Made by a program: the position numbers and the translations under genes. 64,000 nucleotides of DNA from an uncultured delta proteobacterium (GTDB taxonomy: Bacteria > Myxococcota > Myxococcia > Myxococcales > Myxococcaceae), in assembly GCA_963713045.1 (NCBI GenBank), contig CAVQKE010000007.1, positions 416,001-480,000 of the forward strand. The letters are read 5' to 3'. This document shows, piece by piece, positions 9,772-19,244 of the stretch (positions are counted from its first letter, which is position 1; each line of letters begins with the position of its first letter). The notes below the pieces were generated by a model. It ran no database searches and was not told the origin of the DNA. It worked only from the letters and a program-made list of their open reading frames with translations.

Positions 9772-11144
9772 GGCCCATAACCTTCTTCGCTCTCGGGCTG
9801 CTGGTGCTGGCCGCCGTGCCAGCGGTGGGCGCGGCGCGTGCCCGGTTGGGCGGCACCCTGTCGGTGGGCCTGGTTGGCCTGCGCGCGGCAGCTGACACGG
9901 ATGAGGACAGCCCGGAGGCCACCACCGCCCGGGCGGTGATGGCCCTTCCCTTGTGCCGGCTGCTGCCGGGGCCGGCGCCCCTGCTGGCCACCTTCGAGCG
10001 CGCCGGCAGTGGCCCGTTGGAGGAGGTGCGGGTTGCCCCGCGGCCGACAGCGCGCTTCGCCGACGGAAGTCCGCTGCGCGCCCGCGACGTGGCCGAGGCT
10101 TGGCAGCGGCTTCAGGGCGCAGGGAGTCCCTACCTCGCGCTGCTGCAGCCGGTGGCTGGGCTGGCCGAGGCCCTCGCCTCCGCGATGCAAGCGCCCGACG
10201 GGACACTGCAGCTGCGCCTGGCCTTCCCCTGGCCGGACTTGGAAGCCAGCCTCTGCCACCCGGCCTTCACCCCGTTTCGCCAAACGCCCGGCAGCGCCGA
10301 GGGCGTCGCCCTGTATGCCGGGGCGTCCGCGGGGCACCTGTTGGCTTCGCACAGCGCCCCGGGCGGCCCGCCCTTCCCTGCTGCCCTCGCCTTCTCCTCA
10401 GTCCCGGCGCGCGCCGCCGCGCGCCTCCTCCAGCGCGGCGACGTGCAGGTGGTGTTGGGGGAGGGCGCCGAGGCCTCCGTCCTCCTCTACGCCACCTACC
10501 TGGTGTACGGCCCCCAAGGCCTTCCGGCCGGGGCCCGGGAGGCCCTGGAGGCGGTGGACCTGGAGGCGCTGGTGCGCACCTTCGTCCCTGGGCCGGCGGC
10601 GGCCCTCCACGCGCTGTTGCCACCGGCGCTGGTGGAGATGCCACCCCGGCCTCCCGTCACCCCTTTTCACGCTGCGGCCGGGGCCGCCGTCCGCCCCTTC
10701 ACCCTCGGCTATGTGGCGGGCGTGCCCGAGGCCCGGGCGGTTGCCGAGCGGCTGCAAGTCTTGCTGCATGACGCGGGCTACGCGGTGCGCCTGCACGCGG
10801 ACAGTCCAGCGGGGCTGAGGCAACTGCGGCGCGCCGGGACACTGGACGCGGCCCTCGTCTCGGTGCTGCTGCCCCCGGTGCCCGCGCCCGCACTGGCGCT
10901 GGTGTTGGGGTTGGCCGAAGACGAAGCGCTGCTGCGCCGGGAGCTGCCCGCCCTCGGCGCCGAGGCGGACGCGGCGGCCCGCGCCGCTGTCGTCGCCCAG
11001 CGCGCCCATGCGCTGGCCGCGGGACTGCCGGTGTTGCCGCTGTACGTCCGCGGGCTACGGGCCGGCCTGTCCTCGGCCCTGCTGGACGTCCGCCGCGACG
11101 GCTTTGGCCTGCTTGTCCTGGACGACGCCTGGCTTGGCCGTTGA
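9768..11144 (+). CDS. ABC-type peptide/nickel solute-binding-like protein (family 5-like), with no transporter nearby
   Basis: GTGA overlap with the previous gene; signal peptide; 'GGTL' and 'ARFADGSPLRARDVA' resemble the SBP family 5 signature F.DG.P.TA.DV. Confidence 0.7.
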   Translation: MRPITFFALGLLVLAAVPAVGAARARLGGTLSVGLVGLRAAADTDEDSPEATTARAVMALPLCRLLPGPAPLLATFERAGSGPLEEVRVAPRPTARFADGSPLRARDVAEAWQRLQGAGSPYLALLQPVAGLAEALASAMQAPDGTLQLRLAFPWPDLEASLCHPAFTPFRQTPGSAEGVALYAGASAGHLLASHSAPGGPPFPAALAFSSVPARAAARLLQRGDVQVVLGEGAEASVLLYATYLVYGPQGLPAGAREALEAVDLEALVRTFVPGPAAALHALLPPALVEMPPRPPVTPFHAAAGAAVRPFTLGYVAGVPEARAVAERLQVLLHDAGYAVRLHADSPAGLRQLRRAGTLDAALVSVLLPPVPAPALALVLGLAEDEALLRRELPALGAEADAAARAAVVAQRAHALAAGLPVLPLYVRGLRAGLSSALLDVRRDGFGLLVLDDAWLGR

Positions 11145-11166
11145 AAGGAAGCGGTTGCAACTCGCC

Positions 11167-12807
11167 ATGCGCCTGCGCACCAAACTGGCCCTCGCCTTCG
11201 CTGCCCTGGCGGTGCTGCCCGTCCTCGTCTCCGCGCCCTTCGTCGCCCGGCGGCTGCGCGCGACGTTTAGCCGGCAGTTGCAGCACCGGGGCGAGGCCGC
11301 CTCGGGCCTGGCGGCGGCGGCGGTGCAGCGCCTCCGTGGCCAGCTGACTGAGGCGGTGGCTGCCGCGGCACGGGACAGCGGCGCCGAGGAATTGGCGCGG
11401 GCCGTCCAGGGCCCTGGCCCCCTGCCCCCGCCGGACGCCGTCCGCAGCCTCAGCGAAGGCCGGGGCCTGTCCGTCCTGGCGCTGGTGGACGCTGCCGGTC
11501 GGGTGCGCAACAGCGCGCACTTTGCAGCCCGCGTCGGGGACGTGGACCCGGGGCTTCGCGCCGCCTTGGACGGCGGGGGCCAGCCGGTGCTGGCCGAGGT
11601 GCAGGCCGCTTCCCCGGAGGGGCCTCGCCTCTGGCCAGCCCTGCTGGCGGCGCAGCCGGTGGAGGGCGTGCCCGGCACCTTTGTCGTCGGCGGCGTGCTG
11701 TTGGACGGCCGGCTGGCGGCGCAGCTTGCCGCCCAAAGCGGGGCCGAGGTGGAGCTTCGCCAAGGGGCGGACGTGCTGGGCAGTGGCGGGCATGCCGAGG
11801 GTCGGCTTCTGTGGACGGACGTCCCGCTGGGCTCGGGCGCAGTGGCCCGGGTGGGGGTGGGGGACGCAGCCTCGGCCGAGGCGGAGGCCGCCCTGCTGGG
11901 CGCCCTGGCCGCGGTGGTGGGGGCGGGCCTGCTTTTGGCCCTCGCCCTGGGGGTGCTTCTGGCCGGGCGCACCACCCAGCCGCTGGAAGCCCTGACCCGC
12001 GGGGCGCGGCAGGTGGCCGATGGCCAGTTGGACGCCCGCGTGGAGGTGCGCGCCAGCGGGGAGTTGGGGGTGCTGGTGGACGCCTTCAACCAGATGACGG
12101 CTGCGCTGTCGCGCACCACCCAGGCCCTGGTGAAGGCTGAGCGCATCGCCGCCTGGGAGGAGGTGGCCCGGGGGCTGGCGCACGAGTTGAAAAACCCCCT
12201 CACCCCGCTGCAAATGTCGCTGGAGACGCTGGCCGCGGCGCAGGCGGAAGGCAGCCCGCGCTTTGCGCAGCTTTTCCGCGAGAGCGCGCCGGCGATGCGC
12301 GAGGAGGTGGAGCGCCTCAAGCGCACCGTGGACGCCTTCGCTCGCTTCGCCCGGCTGCCCCCGTCCACCCCCGTCCCCCTGGACTTGGGTGCCTGGGCCG
12401 AGCAAGCCCTCAGCCTGTACCGCGCCTCCGGCGACGTCACCCGCGAGACGTCGCTGGCCCCGGGCCTCGTCGTGCTGGCGGACAGAGACCAGCTGGCGCA
12501 GCTGCTGCACAACCTCCTCAAGAATGCCGAGGAGGCGATGGCCGGCCTGCCGGCCTGGGTGGCGGTGCGGGTCCGCGCAGAGGACAGCTGGGCCTTGCTG
12601 GAAGTGGAAGACGCTGGCCCAGGTGTCAGCGCCGAGGAGGAAGCGCATATTTTCGAGCCGGCCTTCAGCGGCAAGCCGGGCGGCATGGGCCTCGGTCTGG
12701 CCCTTGCTCGGCGCATCGCCACGGAACATCGCGGGACGCTTCAGGTGGCGCGCGGCAGCCGCGGAGGCGCGCGCTTCCAGCTGCGGCTTCCGCGCTTGCC
12801 CGACTGA
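11167..12807 (+). CDS. Membrane sensor histidine kinase (HAMP, HisKA, HATPase; NtrY-like)
   Basis: Two TM helices; HAMP; H-box AWEEVARGLAHELKNPLTP; N-box NLLKNA; DAGPG; GMGLGL. Confidence 0.93.
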   Translation: MRLRTKLALAFAALAVLPVLVSAPFVARRLRATFSRQLQHRGEAASGLAAAAVQRLRGQLTEAVAAAARDSGAEELARAVQGPGPLPPPDAVRSLSEGRGLSVLALVDAAGRVRNSAHFAARVGDVDPGLRAALDGGGQPVLAEVQAASPEGPRLWPALLAAQPVEGVPGTFVVGGVLLDGRLAAQLAAQSGAEVELRQGADVLGSGGHAEGRLLWTDVPLGSGAVARVGVGDAASAEAEAALLGALAAVVGAGLLLALALGVLLAGRTTQPLEALTRGARQVADGQLDARVEVRASGELGVLVDAFNQMTAALSRTTQALVKAERIAAWEEVARGLAHELKNPLTPLQMSLETLAAAQAEGSPRFAQLFRESAPAMREEVERLKRTVDAFARFARLPPSTPVPLDLGAWAEQALSLYRASGDVTRETSLAPGLVVLADRDQLAQLLHNLLKNAEEAMAGLPAWVAVRVRAEDSWALLEVEDAGPGVSAEEEAHIFEPAFSGKPGGMGLGLALARRIATEHRGTLQVARGSRGGARFQLRLPRLPD

Positions 12808-12934
12808 AGTGACGACAGCAGTCCCCGCAACCTCCTCAACAACCCCGCCCCGCCCCCGGAGCCGGCAGCCCTCAGCATGACGCCCTCGGCGCCAGTCGCG
12901 TCAGAGTCGCAAGGCGGCCCGCAACGCCCGCGCG

Positions 12935-14761
12935 CTAGTCCTTCACCGGCGTGGCCTTCAGGGCTGCCTTCCCGTCCTTGACGTAGACACTGAAGCGCAC
13001 CGTTCGGCAGCTGTACTTGGAGATGAGCTGCTCGCGGTTTTTCCGCAGCTTCTGGGCGAATCTTTCGTAGGTGAGGCCGTCGGCGGACTCCCCGCACTTG
13101 TCACGCTGGTGGACGAAGTCCCGGTACACTTCATGGAAGTGCTCCTCGTCCGGCGGCGGGGCAGTGCGCGCCCGGGGGGCCGGCGGTGGCCGGGCGGCTT
13201 CCTGCAATAGCTCCGGAGGAATGTCTGCCACTCGGGTGTTGTCGGGAATGGCGTTGGCCCGTGGCCCCACCGCAGCGAAGCCGGCCGGCGGGAGGTTGAA
13301 GTCCGGAAGCTCCGGAATGGGGTAAGCGGTCGTCGGCTGGTGGTCATAATCCAGCGGAGGCGGCGGCGGCGCTGCCCTTGGTGGGGGTGTGAAGCGTCCG
13401 CCAATGGGTGCCGACGGCGTGCGCTGAATGGCGTCCCCTCCGCCGGGCGGAGGCGTCCGCGGGGGGGGCGGCGGAGGCATCGCGTCCAACAGCGCGGACA
13501 GGTCCTCCACCGGCGGCGGCGGGGGAAGGCGGCCCATTGGGACGGGAAGCGGCTCCTCGTCCAGGACGGCGGCACTCAACGCCGAGGGTGCGGCGTCGAA
13601 GACGGAGGAGGCGGCCGTCGGCGGCGGGGACAGGGGCGGAGGAGGCGGCGGCGGGACGGCCTCTTGCACGGCCTCCGGCTCGGGCTCGCTGGGGCGGGGC
13701 ACCGCCACCGGTCTCGGGGCCGGGGTGAGGCGGCGGGGAGGAGGAACGGTGTCCTCGTCGGGGCGGGGCCGGGTGGCGGGCTGCGCGCGGTTCATCCACA
13801 CCGTCGCGCCGGCCAGAAGCACCGCCAGCGCGGCAATGCAGCTGAGGGCGAAGCGCTGCGCGTCGGCCAAGGCCGACATGAAGGGCTCCACCGAGGCCAC
13901 TGCCAACACTTCCACCGGCTGGCCTGGAAGGCTGCGGCGCACGGCCATGCGCAGGGCCGGGTCTGCGCCGCCCGTCCACAGCGGCAGCTTCAACGGGCCC
14001 AGCGCGCCGGCGCTGCCGCGGACCGCGGCGGCACTTTTCCCCACCGGCGTCTCCCGCAGCGCCACCGGCAGCACGCCCCGGTCCGGGCCGCCGGAGGCCG
14101 CCAACTTCCCCCCGCTGACGAAGCCAACCGCCGCCAGCCCCAGTTCCAGAGAGACGCCGTCGGCGGTGCCATCCGGAAGCAGCGGGCCGCCCACCACCAG
14201 CGTGCCCAGGGCATGCCCCTCCTTGTCCGAGCCAGTCAGCGGGACGGAAAAAAACAAGTCGTAGCTGCCAAAGGCGTCCCGCGTCTGCCCGTCGCTGCCC
14301 GCGCCGGCCAGCACGTCCACCTCCACGCCCTGCAGCGTCGCACTCGGGCTTTCTGCGCCCCGCACGTAGGTGCCACCGTTGTCGGTCCGCAGCCCGAGGA
14401 CCAGGACGCTGCGCAGGCTGGTGGAAACGGCGTCCTGGGCCAGCCGTCGCACCGCCCCCATCCGCTCGGCGGCGAGGTCCGCCTTGCCCGCGCGCAGCGC
14501 CTCCAGCGTACTCCACGTGGCCGGTGAGGCCGCCAGCCGCAAGGTGAGGGCCTGCAATTCCGCGCGCCGCGCCGCCACCCGGACGCCCACCGCGTCCACG
14601 GCGCGCGCGGCATAGGCGACGGCCTGCTGCTCGGCCTGAGCGCTTAAGGAGGAGGCGGTGATGGAGAGCTCGGCGAGCCAGAGCACCAGCGCTGGCAACG
14701 CGACGAGCAACGGCCACAGGCGGGGCATCGTTCGTCGAGGCGGGGGAAATGCCTCGTTCAT
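12935..14761 (-). CDS. MXAN_5187-like myxobacterial membrane protein (periplasmic domain, Pro-rich linker, conserved C-terminal domain)
   Basis: Two TM segments; long Pro-rich tract; C-terminus 'HFHEVYRDFV...CGE..DGLTYERF..KL..NR..L...Y.CRTVRFSVYVKDGKAALKATP' recognised from memory. Confidence 0.75.
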   Translation of the reverse strand: MNEAFPPPRRTMPRLWPLLVALPALVLWLAELSITASSLSAQAEQQAVAYAARAVDAVGVRVAARRAELQALTLRLAASPATWSTLEALRAGKADLAAERMGAVRRLAQDAVSTSLRSVLVLGLRTDNGGTYVRGAESPSATLQGVEVDVLAGAGSDGQTRDAFGSYDLFFSVPLTGSDKEGHALGTLVVGGPLLPDGTADGVSLELGLAAVGFVSGGKLAASGGPDRGVLPVALRETPVGKSAAAVRGSAGALGPLKLPLWTGGADPALRMAVRRSLPGQPVEVLAVASVEPFMSALADAQRFALSCIAALAVLLAGATVWMNRAQPATRPRPDEDTVPPPRRLTPAPRPVAVPRPSEPEPEAVQEAVPPPPPPPLSPPPTAASSVFDAAPSALSAAVLDEEPLPVPMGRLPPPPPVEDLSALLDAMPPPPPPRTPPPGGGDAIQRTPSAPIGGRFTPPPRAAPPPPPLDYDHQPTTAYPIPELPDFNLPPAGFAAVGPRANAIPDNTRVADIPPELLQEAARPPPAPRARTAPPPDEEHFHEVYRDFVHQRDKCGESADGLTYERFAQKLRKNREQLISKYSCRTVRFSVYVKDGKAALKATPVKD

Positions 14762-14863
14762 AGGGGCTTATACGCGTCCGGCCCAACGTCCGACAAGCGA
14801 GGGCGCCGCTGCAGCCCAGGCCGGGGGGGCCCCGGCCGGGCCGGCCCCGGGTGCAGCTGGCCC

Positions 14864-15214
14864 CTAGGGCTCGTCCACGGGGAGGTCGGCCAGGGCAACG
14901 CCGCCCGCGTGGTGGTGGTGCTTGTCGACCCAGCGCTTGGCCGCGTGCTCCAGGCGCTCGCACGCCCCCAGCACCGCCCTCCGGACATCATCCGACGTCT
15001 CCTCGACGTGAATGGCCGGTACCCCCGGAAGCCGGAGGGTGACGCGGGCGGATTGGTCCATGCCTCCCTTGGCTGCGTTGGTGTCCACCAGGTGCACCTC
15101 GACGGACACCGACTGCTGCTGGAAAATGCGCAGAGCGCGCTCCAGGTGCACCTCGACGAAGCTGTGCAGCGCCTGGTCCACCTGCAAATGGACACCTCGG
15201 ACAAGCAGTTGCAT
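14864..15214 (-). CDS. HPF/RaiA-family ribosome-associated protein
   Basis: MQLLVRGVHL start, 'KGGMDQ.ARVTLRLPG' and 'AV..ACERLE' pattern; GAGGAG RBS. Confidence 0.75.
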   Translation of the reverse strand: MQLLVRGVHLQVDQALHSFVEVHLERALRIFQQQSVSVEVHLVDTNAAKGGMDQSARVTLRLPGVPAIHVEETSDDVRRAVLGACERLEHAAKRWVDKHHHHAGGVALADLPVDEP

Positions 15215-15341
15215 GCGCCCGACTCCTCTCTCATCTGTCCGCCCGGGCAGTATGCGCCAACACCCGCCGCCCGGGCGGCCCTGCCGAGGCGTTTCCGCCG
15301 TGCAGCCCTCAAGGCCCCTGGGCTGCTAGGGTAGGCGCGCC

Positions 15342-15665
15342 ATGGCCGATGACAAGCGCCGCTTCACCCGCATTGCCCAGGTGGATGACCCCCTCACCCT
15401 GGACGCCTACCGGCGGGTCCTGCAGGAGGCCTCCATTCCCGTCCTATCCCTGGATGACGAGGGCATGATGGGGGGGCTGACCGACGGCTTTGGCGGCCGC
15501 CTGTATGAAGTGCAAGTCCCCGAGGAGTTGGCGGCCAAGGCCACCCAGCTTCTCAAAGACGAGCAAGCCCGGCTGGATGCCGACGCCGAGGAAGCCGGTA
15601 AGGCCGCCGAGCGCGAAGAGGCCGAAGGCGAACGCCAGTCGCGGCCTCACCGTCCCAAGCACTAA
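15342..15665 (+). CDS. DUF2007-like small protein
   Basis: 'L.EA.IP...', 'EVQVPEE.A.KA.QLL' pattern; host-like codon usage. Confidence 0.6.
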   Translation: MADDKRRFTRIAQVDDPLTLDAYRRVLQEASIPVLSLDDEGMMGGLTDGFGGRLYEVQVPEELAAKATQLLKDEQARLDADAEEAGKAAEREEAEGERQSRPHRPKH

Positions 15666-16507
15666 GCGCCCGCTGGGGCCCGCACTTCCCACAGGCTGAC
15701 TCCCACCAGCTTCCACGCCATTTGGGCCTGTCGGTTGAGGAAGTGGCCGAGCTCCTCGTCCACCACCGCTTTGGCCCCGACGCTGGTTGCATGGCGCAAA
15801 TACGTCTGCCCTCCTCGCTGCACGACAAGACCCAGGTGGCTGATTCGGGTAATGCGCTGGGGCTGGTCCTCGCGCACCACCAGCAGCAGGGTACCGTTTG
15901 GAAAGCCGGGCGCATGGGCCATCACGCGTTGCAGGGGGAGAAGTCCGAAGGGGAAACGCCCGGTGGCGTGGACGGACTCTGGCAGCGCCAGCGCCCGGCC
16001 CTCGGGGCCTTCCCAGCTGCGCCGGTCGAGGACTTTCTCTGCCCGCACGGCGTCCGCACCGCCGAGGGCAGTGGTGACGTCTCGGACGACGCCGGCGCGG
16101 GCGTTTGCCGGCAGCCAGTCCGCCTCCATCAGGTGGTTGCGCGCCTCGTAGGCCACCGTCCCGTCGCGGTAGCGGATGGCGTCCAACACCGAGAGAAGCT
16201 CTTCCGGCCGGCGCGCCAGCGAGAGCGCAATGCTTTCCTCGACGAAGGTGACACAGTCGACTTTGTCGAAGCGCAGGCGCGGGTCCGGGTCAAAGCCCTG
16301 CCCCTCCCCCAACGGGGACAGGTCGTATGCCGTGCCGAGAAACCGCTCACTGGCGGCGAGCAACCGCTGCTGGACAGGCAATGGCTGCAGCTGGACCATC
16401 ACCTGGGAACGGGCAGCGTCGTCCAGCGCACCCCAGGACACGGGCACGGCGGCCCACAAAAGCAAGCGGAAGGCGGGGACGAACAAGGGGCTTCTCGCAA
16501 GAAGCAT
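15662..16507 (-). CDS. DUF1460 / NlpC-P60-like N-acetylmuramoyl-L-alanine amidase-like protein
   Basis: FLGTAY.LSPLGEG, DCVTFVE (catalytic Cys), RNH, SHLG and RHATS motifs. Confidence 0.8.
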   Translation of the reverse strand: MLLARSPLFVPAFRLLLWAAVPVSWGALDDAARSQVMVQLQPLPVQQRLLAASERFLGTAYDLSPLGEGQGFDPDPRLRFDKVDCVTFVEESIALSLARRPEELLSVLDAIRYRDGTVAYEARNHLMEADWLPANARAGVVRDVTTALGGADAVRAEKVLDRRSWEGPEGRALALPESVHATGRFPFGLLPLQRVMAHAPGFPNGTLLLVVREDQPQRITRISHLGLVVQRGGQTYLRHATSVGAKAVVDEELGHFLNRQAQMAWKLVGVSLWEVRAPAGA

Positions 16508-16585
16508 CCGATGGGCCGCCAGCCCTGTCCACTGCTGACCGTCTGACTCACCCGCCGGTTGGCTGACCTCTGCACCGGGGCAGCC

Positions 16586-18010
16586 TTAAAAAACCACCTC
16601 CAAGGCACAGCGCTGCAGCAACGTCCACACCGCGTCCACGTCCTTGGGCCCGGTGTCCAGCGCGCCAATCGACACCCGAATCAGCTGGGTGCCCTTCACC
16701 ACCGCTGGGGTGACGTAGGCGCCGCCGGTGGCGTTGACGGCGTTGGCCAGCGCCAGGTTGTGGGCATTCACCTCGCCCGGCGTCCGCCCGGGCAACAGGT
16801 GGCGCAAGCACACCGTCTGCAGTGGTACCGGCGCACAGCGCTGCCAGGCGGGTCCGGCCGCATCCACGCGCGCGGCCAGTCCCTGGGCCAGCGCAATGTC
16901 CCGGCGCACCGCAGCGCGCAGCCCCTCGGCGCCGAGGGCCTGCAGCACAAACCACAGCTTCAGCGCGCGAAAGCGCCGTCCCAGGGGAATGCCCCAGTCT
17001 CGGAAATTCTTCACCTCGGCGTCGGCCGGGGTGCGCAGGTAGCTGGGGTGGGTGGACATGACGCGGAGAAGGTGCTGCACGTCCTGGACAAAGTAGGCGG
17101 TGCAGTCGAAGCCCACTCCCATCCACTTGTGGGGGTTAAACACCACGCTGTCGGCCGCCTCCACGCCGGCCCACATCCATCGCAATTCCGGGCACACCAT
17201 GGCGGTGCCGGCCAGGGCCGCGTCCACGTGCAGCCACAGGCCGTGGCGGGCAGCCACCTCGGCCACCGCTGCCACCGGGTCCAGCGCGGTGGTGGACGTC
17301 GTCCCGGTGGTGGCCACCACCGCGCACGGCACAAGGCCGGCCGCGGCGTCGGCGCTGACGGTGGCTTCCAGCGCTTCGGCCCGCAGGGCGTGCGCCTCGT
17401 CGGTGGGAAGAAAGCGCACGTAGTCCCGGCCGAAGCCCGCCAAAAGGGCGGCTTTCTCCACCGAGCTGTGTCCCATCGCCGAGGTGTAGACGACGAGGGG
17501 CGCGTGCGCTTCTTGAAGGCCTCCGCGGCCCAGCGCCAGCCCGGTGGACTTCTCGCGCGCACACAGCAGGGCCACCAGCGTGGAGGTGGAGGCCGTGTCC
17601 TGCAGTACGCCGGTAAAGGCGGCCGGAAGCCCCACCAGCTGCCGCAGCCACTCCAGCATGACTTCCTCCACCTCGGTGGCGGCGGGGCTGGTTTGCCAAC
17701 TCATGGCCTGCGCCCCAAGGCCCGCCGCCACCAAGTCCCCCAGCACCGAGGCAAGGTGCGTCTTGGCGGGGAAGTAGGCGAAGAAGCGCGGGTGGTTCCA
17801 GTGCGTCATGCCTGGCAGCACCACGCTGTCCAACAGGGGAAGCAAGTCCTCCAGCGCTCTGCCCACCTCCGGAGGCGCCACCGGCAGCTGCGCGCGAATG
17901 CTGCCCGGCGTGGCCCGCGACAGGACGGGCAGCTGGGGCAGCGCCTCGCGGTAGCGGGCCACCCACTCCACCAGCGCGTGGCCGAGCCGTCGGAATTCGT
18001 CGGGTGTCAC
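16586..18010 (-). CDS. PLP-dependent aromatic-L-amino-acid decarboxylase (group II)
   Basis: MTPDEFRRLG, PGMTHWNHPRFFAYFP, SPAATEVE, HSSVEKA, LHVDAA, FNPHKW (PLP Lys) and LGRRFRALKLW motifs. Confidence 0.93.
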   Translation of the reverse strand: MTPDEFRRLGHALVEWVARYREALPQLPVLSRATPGSIRAQLPVAPPEVGRALEDLLPLLDSVVLPGMTHWNHPRFFAYFPAKTHLASVLGDLVAAGLGAQAMSWQTSPAATEVEEVMLEWLRQLVGLPAAFTGVLQDTASTSTLVALLCAREKSTGLALGRGGLQEAHAPLVVYTSAMGHSSVEKAALLAGFGRDYVRFLPTDEAHALRAEALEATVSADAAAGLVPCAVVATTGTTSTTALDPVAAVAEVAARHGLWLHVDAALAGTAMVCPELRWMWAGVEAADSVVFNPHKWMGVGFDCTAYFVQDVQHLLRVMSTHPSYLRTPADAEVKNFRDWGIPLGRRFRALKLWFVLQALGAEGLRAAVRRDIALAQGLAARVDAAGPAWQRCAPVPLQTVCLRHLLPGRTPGEVNAHNLALANAVNATGGAYVTPAVVKGTQLIRVSIGALDTGPKDVDAVWTLLQRCALEVVF

Positions 18011-18203
18011 GGGACTTCCTCAACAGCAGTCAGGCCCTGCACTCTGCCATGCCCCTGGGGGCACCGGCTGCAGAGGCTGCACCCCCCGGGGGTGTCTGCT
18101 GTGCCCCGCGGCGGCCCCCAAGGTTGTCCCCCGGCTGCGGCGGAGGGGCTGCTACAGTGCAGACTTTCGCGGGCCACACACCAGCCCGGCTAGGGTGGAG
18201 AGA

Positions 18204-19244
18204 ATGCCTCGTTACGAGGTGCACATTCCCGGGGCCCAGCCAGACGGCCTCACCGTCACCTTCCGCGTCGACGCCCCCAACTGGATGCAGGCGCTGAAGA
18301 CGGGCTTTCTCAAGCTGGGTGAGACCGGCCTGGTGGTGCACAACGTCCTGGTTGACGTGGCTGACGACGGCTCACTGCATGTCACCGAGGGAGACAGCGG
18401 CCGCGTCTTCCGCATTCGAGAGCTGACCGAGGAAGAAGCAGCCCAGGCCAAGGTGAAGGCCCCGCCCGCGAAGCCCGCCGACCCCAGCGACGCGCCGACG
18501 CAGGTGGTGCGGCCGGAGGCCCTGGCGGCCCCAGCCCCGGCGAAGCCCGCAGCCCAGCCTGCACAGCCGGTGGTTTTTGCCAAGCCAGCCCCGGCGCCGG
18601 ACCGACCGGTGGGGCGAAGCACCCCGCGGGCCACACCCCTCTCCACCCCGGCGCTGGTGCTGCCCACCACGGTGGAGCTGACGGAGCCCACCCACCCGGT
18701 GCGGGGGGCCATTGGACGGACGCGGACGCCGGCCCCGGCGCGGGAGATGGACGACGTGCTGGCGGAAGTCTTCAACCGCGTGCAGGGCGTCTACCAGTAC
18801 CGAGAGGCGGCCAGCGGCCTCTATTTCCTGCTGGACTTGGCACTCGAAAAAATTCCGGCCGAGGCCGGCAGTGCCCTTTCCTCGGAGCTCATCACCGGCA
18901 CCCTGCGCTTCGTCGCGGTGCGCGGGCCGAAGGCCAAGGACATTCTGGAGGCCCGCGCCCTCATCCCGTCAGGACAGGGCATTGCCGGCTTCTGCACCGC
19001 AGAAGGTGTCAGCCTCGCGCTTTCGGACGTGCACCGGGACCGGCGCTGGTACTCAGCCATTGCCGACCGGCTGCAGTATGAAACCCGCAGCCTCCTCTGC
19101 TCGCCGATGGTCAGCGCCGGCCGGGCGTACGGGTGCCTGGAACTCATCAACCGAAAAAACTCCTCCACCTTCACCGACCAGGAGGTGGGCCTGCTCGCCT
19201 ACATCGCCCACCAGGGCGCCCTCTTCCTCCACGCCCTGGGCTAG
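18204..19244 (+). CDS. GAF-domain protein (small N-terminal domain, Pro/Ala linker, C-terminal GAF)
   Basis: GQGIAG, YETRSLLCSPM, GCLELIN and FTDQE motifs typical of GAF; no output domain. Confidence 0.82.
   Translation: MPRYEVHIPGAQPDGLTVTFRVDAPNWMQALKTGFLKLGETGLVVHNVLVDVADDGSLHVTEGDSGRVFRIRELTEEEAAQAKVKAPPAKPADPSDAPTQVVRPEALAAPAPAKPAAQPAQPVVFAKPAPAPDRPVGRSTPRATPLSTPALVLPTTVELTEPTHPVRGAIGRTRTPAPAREMDDVLAEVFNRVQGVYQYREAASGLYFLLDLALEKIPAEAGSALSSELITGTLRFVAVRGPKAKDILEARALIPSGQGIAGFCTAEGVSLALSDVHRDRRWYSAIADRLQYETRSLLCSPMVSAGRAYGCLELINRKNSSTFTDQEVGLLAYIAHQGALFLHALG

Noticed and set aside
13150..13780. GGC/GGG-rich repetitive DNA
   Set aside because: Encodes the poly-Pro linker of the MXAN_5187-like protein; not a repeat element or CRISPR.
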